From Adineta vaga (lineage: Eukaryota > Animalia > Rotifera), in the NCBI GenBank assembly GCA_021613535.1, contig CP075497.1, positions 9,238,001 to 9,302,000 on the forward strand: a stretch of 64,000 nucleotides of DNA, given 5' to 3'. The translations under genes were made by a program, and so were the position numbers. This document shows, piece by piece, positions 1 through 12,198 of the stretch. Numbering within the stretch: the first letter of the stretch is position 1; every line of letters begins with the position of its first letter. The notes below the pieces were generated by a model. That model saw nothing but the letters and a program-made list of their open reading frames with translations, made no database searches and had not been told where the DNA came from.

Positions 1-3000
1 GTTGCAACATCACATTGATCGGTATATTGTTTGTCTGTGAGAATATTTAGTAAACATGCTAAACCACCAGCATTTAAAAAACGAACATGTAAACCTTCAA
101 CATGATTACTATTTTGTAAACATATTTGATGAATTTGTGCTGGTAAGAAATTGATTAATGTCGTCTTTAAATTATAAAGCATTTGTGATGGTGAAGCATG
201 AAAATAGAAATGATTTAAACGTATTAGACATTCTTCAGCTGTTGGTTGTTCATTATTTGCAGATAGAAGAGTAAAACAACTGTTTAACGTTTTTGTTGCA
301 TGAGAATCAATTGGAATTAGATCAAGAATATGTCGAGAAGTATCACGAAGACGTGTATTACCTTCTTTACAAGCTAAATCAGCGATATCAATAAGAAATT
401 GATAGTATTCATGTTTTTGAGAAAATATCTAAATAGCAAACGTTTTGTAGATGATTTTACTTTTGAAATAGACATTTTCTTCTTACCACAGATGGTAACG
501 AAGATTCAGCATTGATATCAATAAAATCTGAACTACGATTATGATGTGATGTTGCTGTTAAAGAATTATTATTATTATTATTGATTTCAGATTCCGACGA
601 ACTACTTTCTCCGCTTGAACCACCATGACTTTGATGTTGAACCCAACGTGCAGTAACCGTCTAAATCAAATCAAAATGAATACATAATTATTTCTTTGTT
701 TTGTCTTTGAAAAAGAAAAATATCGTCATACAATTCGATCACGATCATCAGTTTGTCCTAATGTTTTGTTATCATCAGTTGAATAGATAATTTCATTATT
801 ACGATATAATTCAATGATACCATAAGCAGATTTGTATCTAAATCGAATTAATTTTCTTTTAGAATTTTCAACAAAAGATAGAAATCATACCGATTATGAA
901 TAAATCTTCGAATATGTCCCCATGTATCGTTCGAATGAAAACCATGTTCGAAATCATCAGTTCGATTTTGTCCTGTATTTACACGAATAATTAATGTCAT
1001 TGGTCGTCCACGAAATGCTCTGAATATCAAACATAGATTTCTTTCTTTCTTTCATTCCTATTTTCTTTCTCCTTACCTTGACATGGGTAATATCGAACGT
1101 TCTTTATGATATGAATTATCACATTCCGCTAAATATTCTCTTAATACAATTAATATTCGTATTAATGCATTCAATTTATGTTGATATTCTTGTTTGGAAT
1201 CTTGTTGTGTGTACATTAATTTAACACTATCATAAACTGGACGTAGACGTTCAAAACAATCACTAATAAATGATTCATGAATACGTTTAACATCCGTTTT
1301 TAATTGTGGACTTATATTTGTATAAATTTCACGCATTAATTGAATACCACGATCAGCAACTTCATCTGAACCGTTCAAGATTAATTTCCATAAATATTCA
1401 ATTCCAACAAGATCTTCATCATTCATTAAACGAATCGAACGACGTTTTTGTTGTAATTTATTTAATTGAGCATTGACAGATTTAAAAAATCGATCGAAAC
1501 AACTGCAAAAACAAACGATATCAAGATGATTTCGAAAATTAATAAACAGTATGTGTTTCACTTACTTCATGCCGAGATCAGTTAATAAATGTGGTTCAAG
1601 TTTCATTAAATGATTTTGAAAGAAATCTTTTGCTGCTTTAGGTTCAAAATCATCTTCGTCAATAATCTAAATTATTTTTTTTTATATAAGTAAAAATTAA
1701 AGTGAAACTTGATCGTTTTCTTACTTCAGCAAACCAACGAAAACATTGTTCACGATCATTTGGATAAATAGCTTGTTCAGCTAAACAAGTCCAAATCATT
1801 TTCGAATGTTCAGCTGATAGATACAATCGTCCTTCTTTCAATGTGAACCTTCAAAAACAAATCAAATTTTCAATGTTTATATTTGAGAACAAAAAGAAAC
1901 GCGAAAATGTTTTTACTTGAGAAAATTCAATCGTTCATGTATTTGTTGATTATGATTAAATCTTCCATCAGCATAGTAATCTTCAGGTACGGAATTGATT
2001 TTTCCGTCATTTAGTTTATATTTTCTTGCTATTTCCATATATTGACAAAGATTTTCTGTAACAACACGAGTTAATTCATATTTCTTTTCTAATATATCAA
2101 TAACACCCGTTCGATTCTGTGGTCCAGGCATTCGTGCGATATTTTGCGCAAAAACTCCTTCATGAAATTGCATACAAATTTCTCTTAATTGTTTCAATGA
2201 AATCATTACATGACCACGATCATGTTTAACTTCATCCATGAATTTATCAAGCCAGATTAATTTCGTTTTCTCTTTTTCTTGTAAACAACTATAATCAAGA
2301 ATTTTCAAATGTGCAGTTAAGGCTTGATCGATAATTTCATTCGGTAAGTTTTGATCATGAGCAATATTCCATAGTAATTCTAAGACTTTATTTGCCATTA
2401 AACCTTCTTTATCATCTTCAGCTAATCGACGAATCAATTCCAGTAATTTTTCACGTTGCTTTTTACTTGCTTTTGTCCAACTCTCACGAAAACAATCGAA
2501 TAGATGTTCAAGTTGTTCAGGTGAAAAATCCCATGCTAATTTTGCCAGTAAATCATGAACATTTTTTTCAATTGCTTCATGTTTTCCGCAAGATGAATTC
2601 CAAATCTTATCTAAATCACTTCGACTTAATGCTTGTTCTTTAATAATAAATCGAAGAATCTTTTCTAATTTTTCTACATATTGTGGTTGATGTAAGCAAT
2701 CACGAAGAACAATATCAAGAACTTGATTCTCTTGAATCCATTGGATTAATTTTTCAGCTGTTAAACTTTCGGGTTCTTCAGAACGATTTAATGTTGAACG
2801 TTGAATTGTATTAAGACTCATGATTAGTTTATTCACTTCATTGAGTGCATTCATTTTACCACTGAATGAATTTGTTTGGAGAATTCTAAATAAAAAATGA
2901 ATAATTTTGATTTTGAAAATAGAGATTCTATTTGAATTACCTTAAGATCATTTTCAGTCTAAGTGCATCTAAATTTCGACATTCTTTTTCATTATCTGGT

Positions 3001-4290
3001 ATTCGTGAAGCGAGATATCGTAACCATCTAATCACTGCTGATAATGTGTCACTTTTTGGTTCAGTTTTTGTTTCAATTTTCAAATCATTTTCAGTTAATT
3101 GATCAAGAAATTGTGGAACGAAATTCTACAAATCATTTTCAATGCATCGTGTTTTTTTTTGCTCAAACCATCAGTACTTACAATAATCGGTGCGAAATAT
3201 TTCTTTACAGTTGTATGTGTTAAATATTCGTAACAAAGACCCCAAGGTTTAAGTAATGCAACGACAACAGAGATTGTTAATTTATTTTCAGAGGATAAAA
3301 ATCGAGCTAAAATTTTATCAAATCCACCTAAATCTCCAAATCGATTGATAAAATCCAGTAACCAACCCTTGAAGAGAAAAAATGAGGTTCAATTAAAATA
3401 AAAATGAACTATAAATCATACCCGTTGTTGCATACGATATTCATTCGATACAGCAAAGATTTCTTTTTCAGGCACTAATTGTAAATCACTAATTCGACTA
3501 TGATTTGATTGATGAAATCTATTCAATTGAAATCAAATAATAGTAAAGCCGAAAGTGTTCAACTTTAATAAATCTTACCGGCAAGAAGGATTCATAAGTA
3601 AACCAAGTACTTCGAGTAGTGGTAAACAATCGTCTTCTATCTTTAATACACATAATTCAATAAAAACCATACAATTTTGATAAATATATTTCTAAATTTA
3701 AGGAAAAAAAAGACTTGTAAAAAGAAAATTTGATTCTTATTTTCGACTCACAAATATTTCATGTTTCCATGTTTGTACAGCTTCATCACAAAGAACTTTA
3801 GTGAAAGAATTCACAAGACTATCGCGAATAAATCGTTGACAAGAATCACTTTTCGTATCGACTTCTACAAATGAAACGAATAAAAACTCTTGACGTAAAC
3901 TGTTTTCCGAAAGGAAATGTAATTTTCTTTACTTTGTGCAGCAAGACGGACAGCAGCTCGTAAACATTTTATTAATTCTCCATCAGGTAAAACAGGTACA
4001 ACCCATCGAGTTTGATTTAATTGTTCTTCAAGTTTTATTAAATCATTTAATGGAAATTTAATTTGACCATGTTCATCATAAATACTATTATCTTCTATTG
4101 GAGGTGAAGATTGTTCATCATCTTCCTCTTCATCAGATGGTTCATTCTCTTGAATTGTTGAACTTATATAATCTGGTGGTAGTTGTTGTTGTTGTTGTTG
4201 CTGTTGATCAGTTGGATCCAATGATTCAATCGATTGTTGACCATTATCATCGAGTAAAGGTGATCGAATCGAATGATCTTTTGCTGTCAT
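1..4290 (-). CDS. USP9X: Ubiquitin C-terminal hydrolase FAF-X / USP9X (fat facets), N-terminal part; multi-exon, continues past window start
   Basis: Spliced ORFs 3865-4290, 1913-2854, 1659-1841 and 1073-1561 carry USP9-type sequences: [72 protein letters not shown]. Short GT-AG introns lie between them. Confidence 0.93.
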
Positions 4291-6288
4291 TAAAGATATT
4301 TAATTGGAATAAAAATGAAGTATTATTTAGAAAATAGGACGATGCGCTCAAAACAAAGCGCACGTAAGGAATAATCTGTAAGATAGAAATACCATGTGAA
4401 ATCGAACAAAACATTATGAGTCATTTAATGAAGAACATGAGGAGAAAAGAAAACAACAATATTGAAAGAAAAAGAAAAAAGAAATCGACTCAAATCATTT
4501 GGATTACCTCGATGAGAAAAGAAAAGAAATAAACATGGCTATTGAAGAAAAAGAAAGACATTCTCTCAGCTGATTATGAAAATGATGTATATAGGTTTTT
4601 TTCTTAAGAAATGAAATTGAAAATTAGTCTCGAAAAAGTTTAATTATAAGAAAACAACAATAAACAATATTATACAAATCACGTATCTCATTTACAAACA
4701 TCGAATAAATAGAAATAGAAAGAACATCCAGACAGCCATTCGAACCAGACGGAAGTCTCACTATGATGATTCATCGAAAGCATTAAGATAGGATAGGAGG
4801 ATGAATGAATGAGTGCATGTGTGTGTGTGTGTGTATGTATGTGTATATATTTATTGTTTACTATCAACTGGCGACATTTTAGTTTTCCTCGGAAAAATCA
4901 AGATGGCGTCACAAGAGTGACAGGAAATTCACCTCTATACATAAATCGATATAAAAATGGAAATAAAAAGTATATTGATGCATCATTTTCATCATTGTTT
5001 TATTGTAAGAAATAGCGATCAGTTCGATATGTCGCTTTTCTGTCAGAAAAAGAGAAATGATGCTAATACAATATGTTCCATAACTCGATCATAGATGATA
5101 ATTCAATCTCAATGGATTTAATAAGTTATAATAATCTAACAGAAAAGTATACTTCCTCGACATCACATGTACTTTCCGTGTGAACAATGCTTTGATAGAT
5201 ATTTATTTGTGTTTCAATACTTTTATAAACTTTGACGGAATACCAAAAATAGATCCTTCCTTGATGTATATCATCATATAAGATCTATGAGAAATGATTA
5301 GTGTGGAGTAATAAGTAAAAGTTTCGAGCACTTCTTTTAGAATATGATATGAGTATATTACATAGGGAAAAACTGTTCTCATTATCGAACATATCCAATA
5401 TCCTTTTTGTTGATATTATTATATTTAGCACACTGTATAAGCTTTGACATTACTCTGTCCCTTGTTTGTACTGCTATGCACGACGTCAACGTTTATTTGA
5501 CAGCATATAGGTTTTCAATTACTTCACAAATATTCGTCGTCTACTGACGAATACCCTTACTATTCTCGTCATGTATAGACATATCAAAGTTAGCCTTATG
5601 TACTGAGCAATAATGCAAGAAGAGAGAAATATGAAAACGAAAAAGTTTTCTAATTCTTTCGTTCGTCTTAATATTGTTTTCTCTACGTATATACATTGTC
5701 ATGACAAAATATTTATTCATCAATGGATACCGATTATCTTCGTTTATCTGTAAAAGTTTAAGTATATTTCGGTCAACAAGATTTTCAAAAAATGAACCTA
5801 CGCCAAAACAGTACGGCCGTAAACGACCGTGTTCAGAGAGATACGGACTCTATGATCTTTTCAACTTCTTTTTGAATTCAAAATGAAAAAAAAATGATAA
5901 TTCTCCCACAACCATAGGCATTTGGGGTCTAAAAGAAACAAATTTTTTTATTTAATTTAGACAGTCACTCGTATATGAAATTCTTCTTTAAGATTAATTA
6001 ATCGATTAGAAATTTCTTGTACAGACTAATCTGATGACGGTAATATATTTACATTGGAGTATTCAGCTTTATTCATCTATAGATAGTTTTATAATGAATT
6101 GAATAATTGGTTATTTAGAAGATTATATAAAAAATTCATAATTTATGTTATTATTTACTTGCATTTGAGAGATTTATTCTATTCCATTTTTATGAAGATG
6201 AGTATGTCTTTCGAGATAAAACATTTGTGCAATAAATCATACTTTAATAAATATAAAATGTTCAATTGATTTTCATTTTAACAATTAG

Positions 6289-6634
6289 ATTAAATAATCA
6301 TTTCAATACTGATCACTATAATTTAAATGATGAACAAAGTTTTGATTTTTAATCAAATCCAATTGATGAACCTGAACGTAATGAATATAATTTAGATGAA
6401 TCTCGATCTTTAAATGGAACCGACGAAAAATTTTTCGAAAAATATTCAACAGTAATAGAGAAATATTTAAATCGTGATCTTTCTTTTCGATGTATAGATA
6501 GTACATATGCGCATTGGGAGTAAGCTCCTATTTTCTCAAACATAATATTCAATTCTATAATTCGTTTATTAGAACGTGCTGCTAATACTCATATAAAGGA
6601 CGAATGTTGGGGTGCACTTTTTCTCGTTTATTCG
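6289..6634 (+). pseudogene. Decayed coding-like exon of unknown family
   Basis: Runs from a ttag acceptor to a GTGAG donor and reads LNNHFNTDHYNLNDEQSFDF*SNPIDEPERNEYNLDESRSLNGTDEKFFEKYSTVIEKYLNRDLSFRCIDSTYAHWE*APIFSNII...DECWGALFLVYS, with in-frame TAA at 6350 and 6521. Confidence 0.35.
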
Positions 6635-8119
6635 GTGAGTTATTTGTAAAATCTGTTCATTTTAATCTACATTAGTCGTAAGGAATACATCTTTTGGATT
6701 TAAAATTATAAGAGAGACAATTCTAACTATCTGAAAGATGATATTAAACTGTTAAGATACTGATTAGTCACTCAATTCAGAAACACTTCTCTTTCCGTAA
6801 ATTGATCTATTGAAATTTAGTTCCATTTCACTAATCCAGATTTATACAATGGAACATGTGATAAAATTTGTTTCGAATCAAATAATTCTTGTACACGAAG
6901 ATTTTCCATCATTATTTGAATTTTCTGCATCCTCTATTTTATGGAATGGAACAATATCAATTTCAACTTTCAATCTTCTTAGTTATGCAGTAGTGGAAAC
7001 CCAGAGAGAGAAAGATTCAACTGTCAAAAAATCGTGCAAAAATCTAAGAGTTCATTCTCATAGAAGATCCCATGATTACCTCTACTATCTAAATACAATG
7101 ACATATTTCATTCTTTCATTATCAATATTAAAAAAAACCATCACGAATCATGATTAGTGAGCTTAATTTCGTTTGATTTGTTTAATATCTCCATATAATT
7201 CTTCAGTTATTATTAAAAATGAAAACAATTCAATACATGTCATTTTATTCGAATATACAATAAAGAATTCCTAATACTGAGTTCTTCTAAGATAATTAAC
7301 ATATAATTAGAACCAGATTTGAATACAATTCGTAGAGTATCTAAAAAACATATTACAAAAGCTTATTCGAAGTCAAACAAGTTGTTGTAAATTCTCGAAA
7401 CAAAAGATTTACTTGTTGATTAATAGTGATTCCAAAATGTTCTTTATTATATAATATTGTTCGAAATAAAAAAGTTATTAAAGTATGTTAAGTCATGGTC
7501 ATATATGAACAAAAAGATTTTACTGGTTATATAAGTGCTAAACTATTAACAATATTCATCTATTTATTATGAATTTACTTAATTCGTACACAAACGGAGA
7601 GAAGAAAAAGAGATATGTACTATTTGTTACTATTGTTCTTAAAATTACAAAAAATAAAACATACGAGAATTAATAATAATAACAATTCCTTTTTTTTTTT
7701 GATAATTATATATTATGTTCTGAACACTAGACATACCATCAATGATGCATAATTTCTCACAAGAAGGCTTTTCAATATAAGATAAAATAGAAATGAGTAT
7801 AATTCAATTTGAAATATATGTAATAAAAAGCTTCTTTCCGGATGAAACCCACTTGATAGTATATGTATTCCCACGATGACGATAGGTGGCGGTAGGATAC
7901 AAAAAAAAAAGTTGTCTTGAAAACGTTTCTGAAAATGATGAATAAAATTTCTTAATTACAATTTAAATAAATTTCTAAAAACTAAAATAAAATATGAAAA
8001 TGGTAGTTTCCTATTGGTTCAATCATAGTGCTTGATATGTTTATTCATTGATCCTTTCTCCAGTCAGTTCTCCTCATCTGTTGTTGTCTTTTTTTCTCAC
8101 AACGAAAACAATCTAATTA

Positions 8120-10230
8120 ATGTGTGAAGTAACGTCATCAAATTTCTCGGAATTACTTCCATCAATTCTCAAGCAAATTGATGAGTCTTGTTTTCTTTCT
8201 CTTGATACCGAATTCAGTGCGATTGATAATCATTCAACTTGGAAACGGAAAAATCTGAAAGAATTCTACAAACAACGTTCAGATTTCATTAAAGAAATTA
8301 CAATCTTTCAATTTGGTTTAGCTATTTTTTCTAAAACATCAAATCAACATCGATATCATGTTGATGTCTACAATTTTTATCTTCATCCAACATCTATTCA
8401 TTCAATTGATGTCAAATACATCATTCAGTCGTCATCAATCAAATTTTTATCTGAGTATAAATTTGATTTTAATAAATGTTTTTATTCCGGAATACCTTTT
8501 CTCAATCAAACACAAGAACAAATTCTATTCAATGAAAATCAACAAACAACGGAATTATCCTTAAATGAACGACAGTTTTTAAATGTTTTATTTGAACAAA
8601 TTAATCAATGGTTAATTACTGCTCAATTTGGTGATCAAATGAAATATGATTTAACAAAAAATTCCAAAGATATTTTAAATGATTATTTAATTCATAAAGA
8701 AATTCGACGATGTTTTAAAACAATCTGGACAAAAATTGAATCTCATGAAAAGGAAAAAATACTTATCATTGAACATATAACAAAAGAAGTTTATGAAGAA
8801 AAATTACAAGACAAAAATAACGATTTTCAATTATTTATTCAATCATCAATTGGTTTTACTAAACTTATACAATATATTAGACAAAATTATAGAAAACCAA
8901 TTATAGGTTAGTGAAAATTGTTTTCCGAACATTTTCTTCGTACTTGATTTACCGTGAAAAGTAATAACCTGCATGTTGTATCGTAGATCAAGACCTTTGC
9001 TAAGCAGCTGTTATCTTCTATAAACCTAAGGGCGTCTTATCACTTGTTGAAAAGCTAGCAAGGTCGAACAGACGTTTCACTCTATGTTGTTTGATAGCTT
9101 TATATATTATCTATACTTTCAAGTGTTTTCCTTACGAACAACTACTACTACATGTTAAGGAGTAATATCATCTCTCTTTAATTTCTCTAAAATTCTCGTT
9201 TAATTACATATCACCATAGAAAATGATATAGTATTAATCTTGATTCTTAGTGCGATGAGTACAGAAGAAAAAAAATGAGATATTCAGATTGATTTGATAT
9301 TTATTTATTTATTTATTTAAGGACATAATTGTTTTCTTGATTGGTTGATTATTTATGATAAATTTATCGATATTCTTCCATCGAAATTCGAAGATTTTCA
9401 AATGGGAATGAATAAGAATTTTGTTTGTCCAATTTTTGATACGAAATATCTTGCCTCCGAAATGAAAGAATATTTATTTACACGTCAAAATCGGTCAAAT
9501 ATTAGTAATTATGTTGAAAAATTAACAACATCGACATCACTTTCGTCTCTATATGATTTATTAACATCGAAATACTATGAAAATCTCATTTTTCTAAAAC
9601 CAATTATCGAAATGAACGCAACTGATCGTTATCAAAATGAAATTTGTGTAAGAAAATATTCGTTTTTTTTTCTTCTTTTCGAATATTTCTTTTTAGACGC
9701 ATGAAGCTGGTTACGATGCATATATGTCCGGTGTAGTCTTTCTCAAATTAATTTACTTATACAAACAGAAAAAAGTGGTGAATAAAATTGATTTTCATGA
9801 ACATCAATCAATCTTTGATATATGTCTAAATGAAATTAATCGATATAAAAATCGTTTTTATTCAATTTTTCTTCCATATATATCCTTAAATCGTTATGAT
9901 ACATATCAAAATTTCCCAAAGACATTACAACAATGTCTTGTTGTAGTCAAACACAATCATGATCAATTAGATATGTCAGATGTTATCTCACATTTTGACT
10001 CATATTGCCCGATGGAATATGAACTTAGTCGAAATTCGAAGAAAATCTATTTGTTATTTCCATTTGAACATTGTCAACGACGAATATTAAATGATTATCT
10101 CAATCATCCAATATATAAAATTGAAAAATTTCATTGGTTTAAACATTCATTATTTATGCAATATTCATTTTCCGTATCAATAGTAATGACTGGTATTTGT
10201 CTCTTTTTTCTAGCCAAACGACGAATGTGA
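8120..10230 (+). CDS. PNLDC1: CAF1/PARN-family DEDDh 3'-5' exoribonuclease with C-terminal TM helix (PNLDC1/Trimmer-like); exons 8120-8906, 9322-9647, 9697-10230
   Basis: ExoI LDTEFS, IFQFGL, ExoII IIGHNCFLDW (across intron 1), IFDTKYLA, ExoIII THEAGYDAYMSG. Hydrophobic C-terminal tail FSVSIVMTGICLFFLA followed by KRRM. Confidence 0.82.
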
Positions 10231-12198
10231 TCCTTTTGTCTCAAGTAAAAAAACCATTCAGGCCTTTCAGCACTTTTATTTTTTGTTTTATGATTGAAAT
10301 GAAGATGAGAGATATGGGCGGATGAATAGATGTTATTTATGGATGACCGAAGAGAAATATCTTTCCTTTCCTTATTGCCAGTATAGGTTTTATCGATAAG
10401 ACTGATCCTTCCTTTTGCTTCTTCTCTCCCTCTCCCTTCAATGCTTTCTACAATTGTCTATCCTATTATTGAGCATGTACAGGATAAAGAATGCAGAATA
10501 CATACAATGTCCGACATTGTATATATATATATATAAATCGATAGTAATTAAGCGTTTCATTTTTATAAGTGATAAAATAGATACTTTAGCGTAGATATTC
10601 ATTGATTTTTTTAAAGAAGAATGTTAATCGATATAGTTCGATGAAGTTAAATATAATTTCTAATTATGATTCTCGTTTTTTTCTTCTTGATTTCTCTCTC
10701 TCTTTCTCGTTTGCTTCATAGAGAAAAAAGATCATGGATCATCGATAATCTGCTATTGATTTGTCGACTAATTCATTGACGTGTTTCTCTTGATATCCCG
10801 GGTATTTATAATGACATTGCTTCCCGATGTTAATGGTAGTAGTGATAGTACTTATAGAGATGAGAAGATGGTTTTCATTAACTGAACTTTTCATAATACC
10901 TGTCTAGATCAAATGAATAGAAATCTCTCTCTCTCTCTCTTTTCCACTTGCAAATAATGTTAACCGACTTGTTAAGCAGATAATACGTCTTATAGATATT
11001 TTTATATAAAATTCGTGTCGTTTTTCTTCTCGTTTTGGAACGACAATGTTTTGTCTTGTCATTTTCTCATAATTGCCGTTGTTGTTAGATGCTACTCCTA
11101 CTGTTGTTCTTCTTTTTTTTCCTCTTTTTTTTTCTTCTTCCCCTTTTTCTTCTTCATCATCATCATCATCATCATCGATAGGGTGTTTTCACATTAGAGC
11201 AACGAGCGCTATTACTTGTTCTTGTTCATCATTCACATACGATGGATTTTCTTATTTCTTGTTCTTCTTTTTTTTTCCCTTCTCTGCCTTTCCTTCGACT
11301 TCTCAACAACATACACAGCTGAATCTATTCTTTCTTTCCTTCTTTTCTTTTTTTGTTTTCTACTGATTTTAGTGAGCACAACAGCTAAAAAGAAGGATAA
11401 TAGAATGAGAAGACGAAGCCGAAGAAGAAAAAGAAGAAGAAGAAGAGGAAAAAAATCTTAATCACATTTTTACTATTCGCTAACACCATCATCACACAAT
11501 ATCCATTTTCTTCATCACTGTTGTTGATGTCTGTCTTTGTAACATCGAAAACTGATATGACATAGACAAATATCGATACGAGATGTATTCGTCTACTGAT
11601 GTAATGATAAAAAAGTTCGTTCATCTTTTGGCTCCTAGTCGTGCGTCATTCTTCGTCGTTCATTGCCAATCAATCAATAATGGATAGTGTGAAATGGTAG
11701 CAACGTGTGGCATGTTTTCTTCTTTCCCTTGTCTGTCATTCTTCGTCTGGCGACTTTCTGTAATATACATCGAGTAACAGAAATGAATTGTAATTGTTGC
11801 TCACTTAAGTATCGTTTAGAGAATTGAGAGGAGGAGAAGACGAAGAAATCAGAATAAGATGAACTTTAGATCTCTTTTATTCTCTACGTTTATTACAGAT
11901 TGAAGAGAAAGAAAAACGGAATGAAATGTCCAATATTGGTTTCAGGATAGGTTTTTGTTCATTGAATATTTATTCTATTTTCAGATATATATATATTCTT
12001 CTGTTTTTCGCTTATGATCATGATTTTCTTCAATTATCTATCATTAGACATATTTAAGTTGACAATGTATGTTCATATGTTATTAAATTGATTTTCCCAA
12101 ATCTATTTTCTGCTATTATTCAGGTAGCATAAATACATTGGGGATTTACTAACAAATCTTTTGTTTTTGTCGATTGACTCGTACGCTTTTCTTTCAAT

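Noticed and set aside
6289-6634. Alternative genetic code (TAA read as Gln) to explain in-frame stops
   Set aside because: Conserved genes in the window terminate normally at TAA, TAG and TGA and have no internal stops.
11015-11624. ORFs rich in Phe, Ser or Arg
   Set aside because: They arise from TTC/TCA/GAA simple repeats in the probable liprin-alpha 5' UTR or promoter and have no protein-like content.
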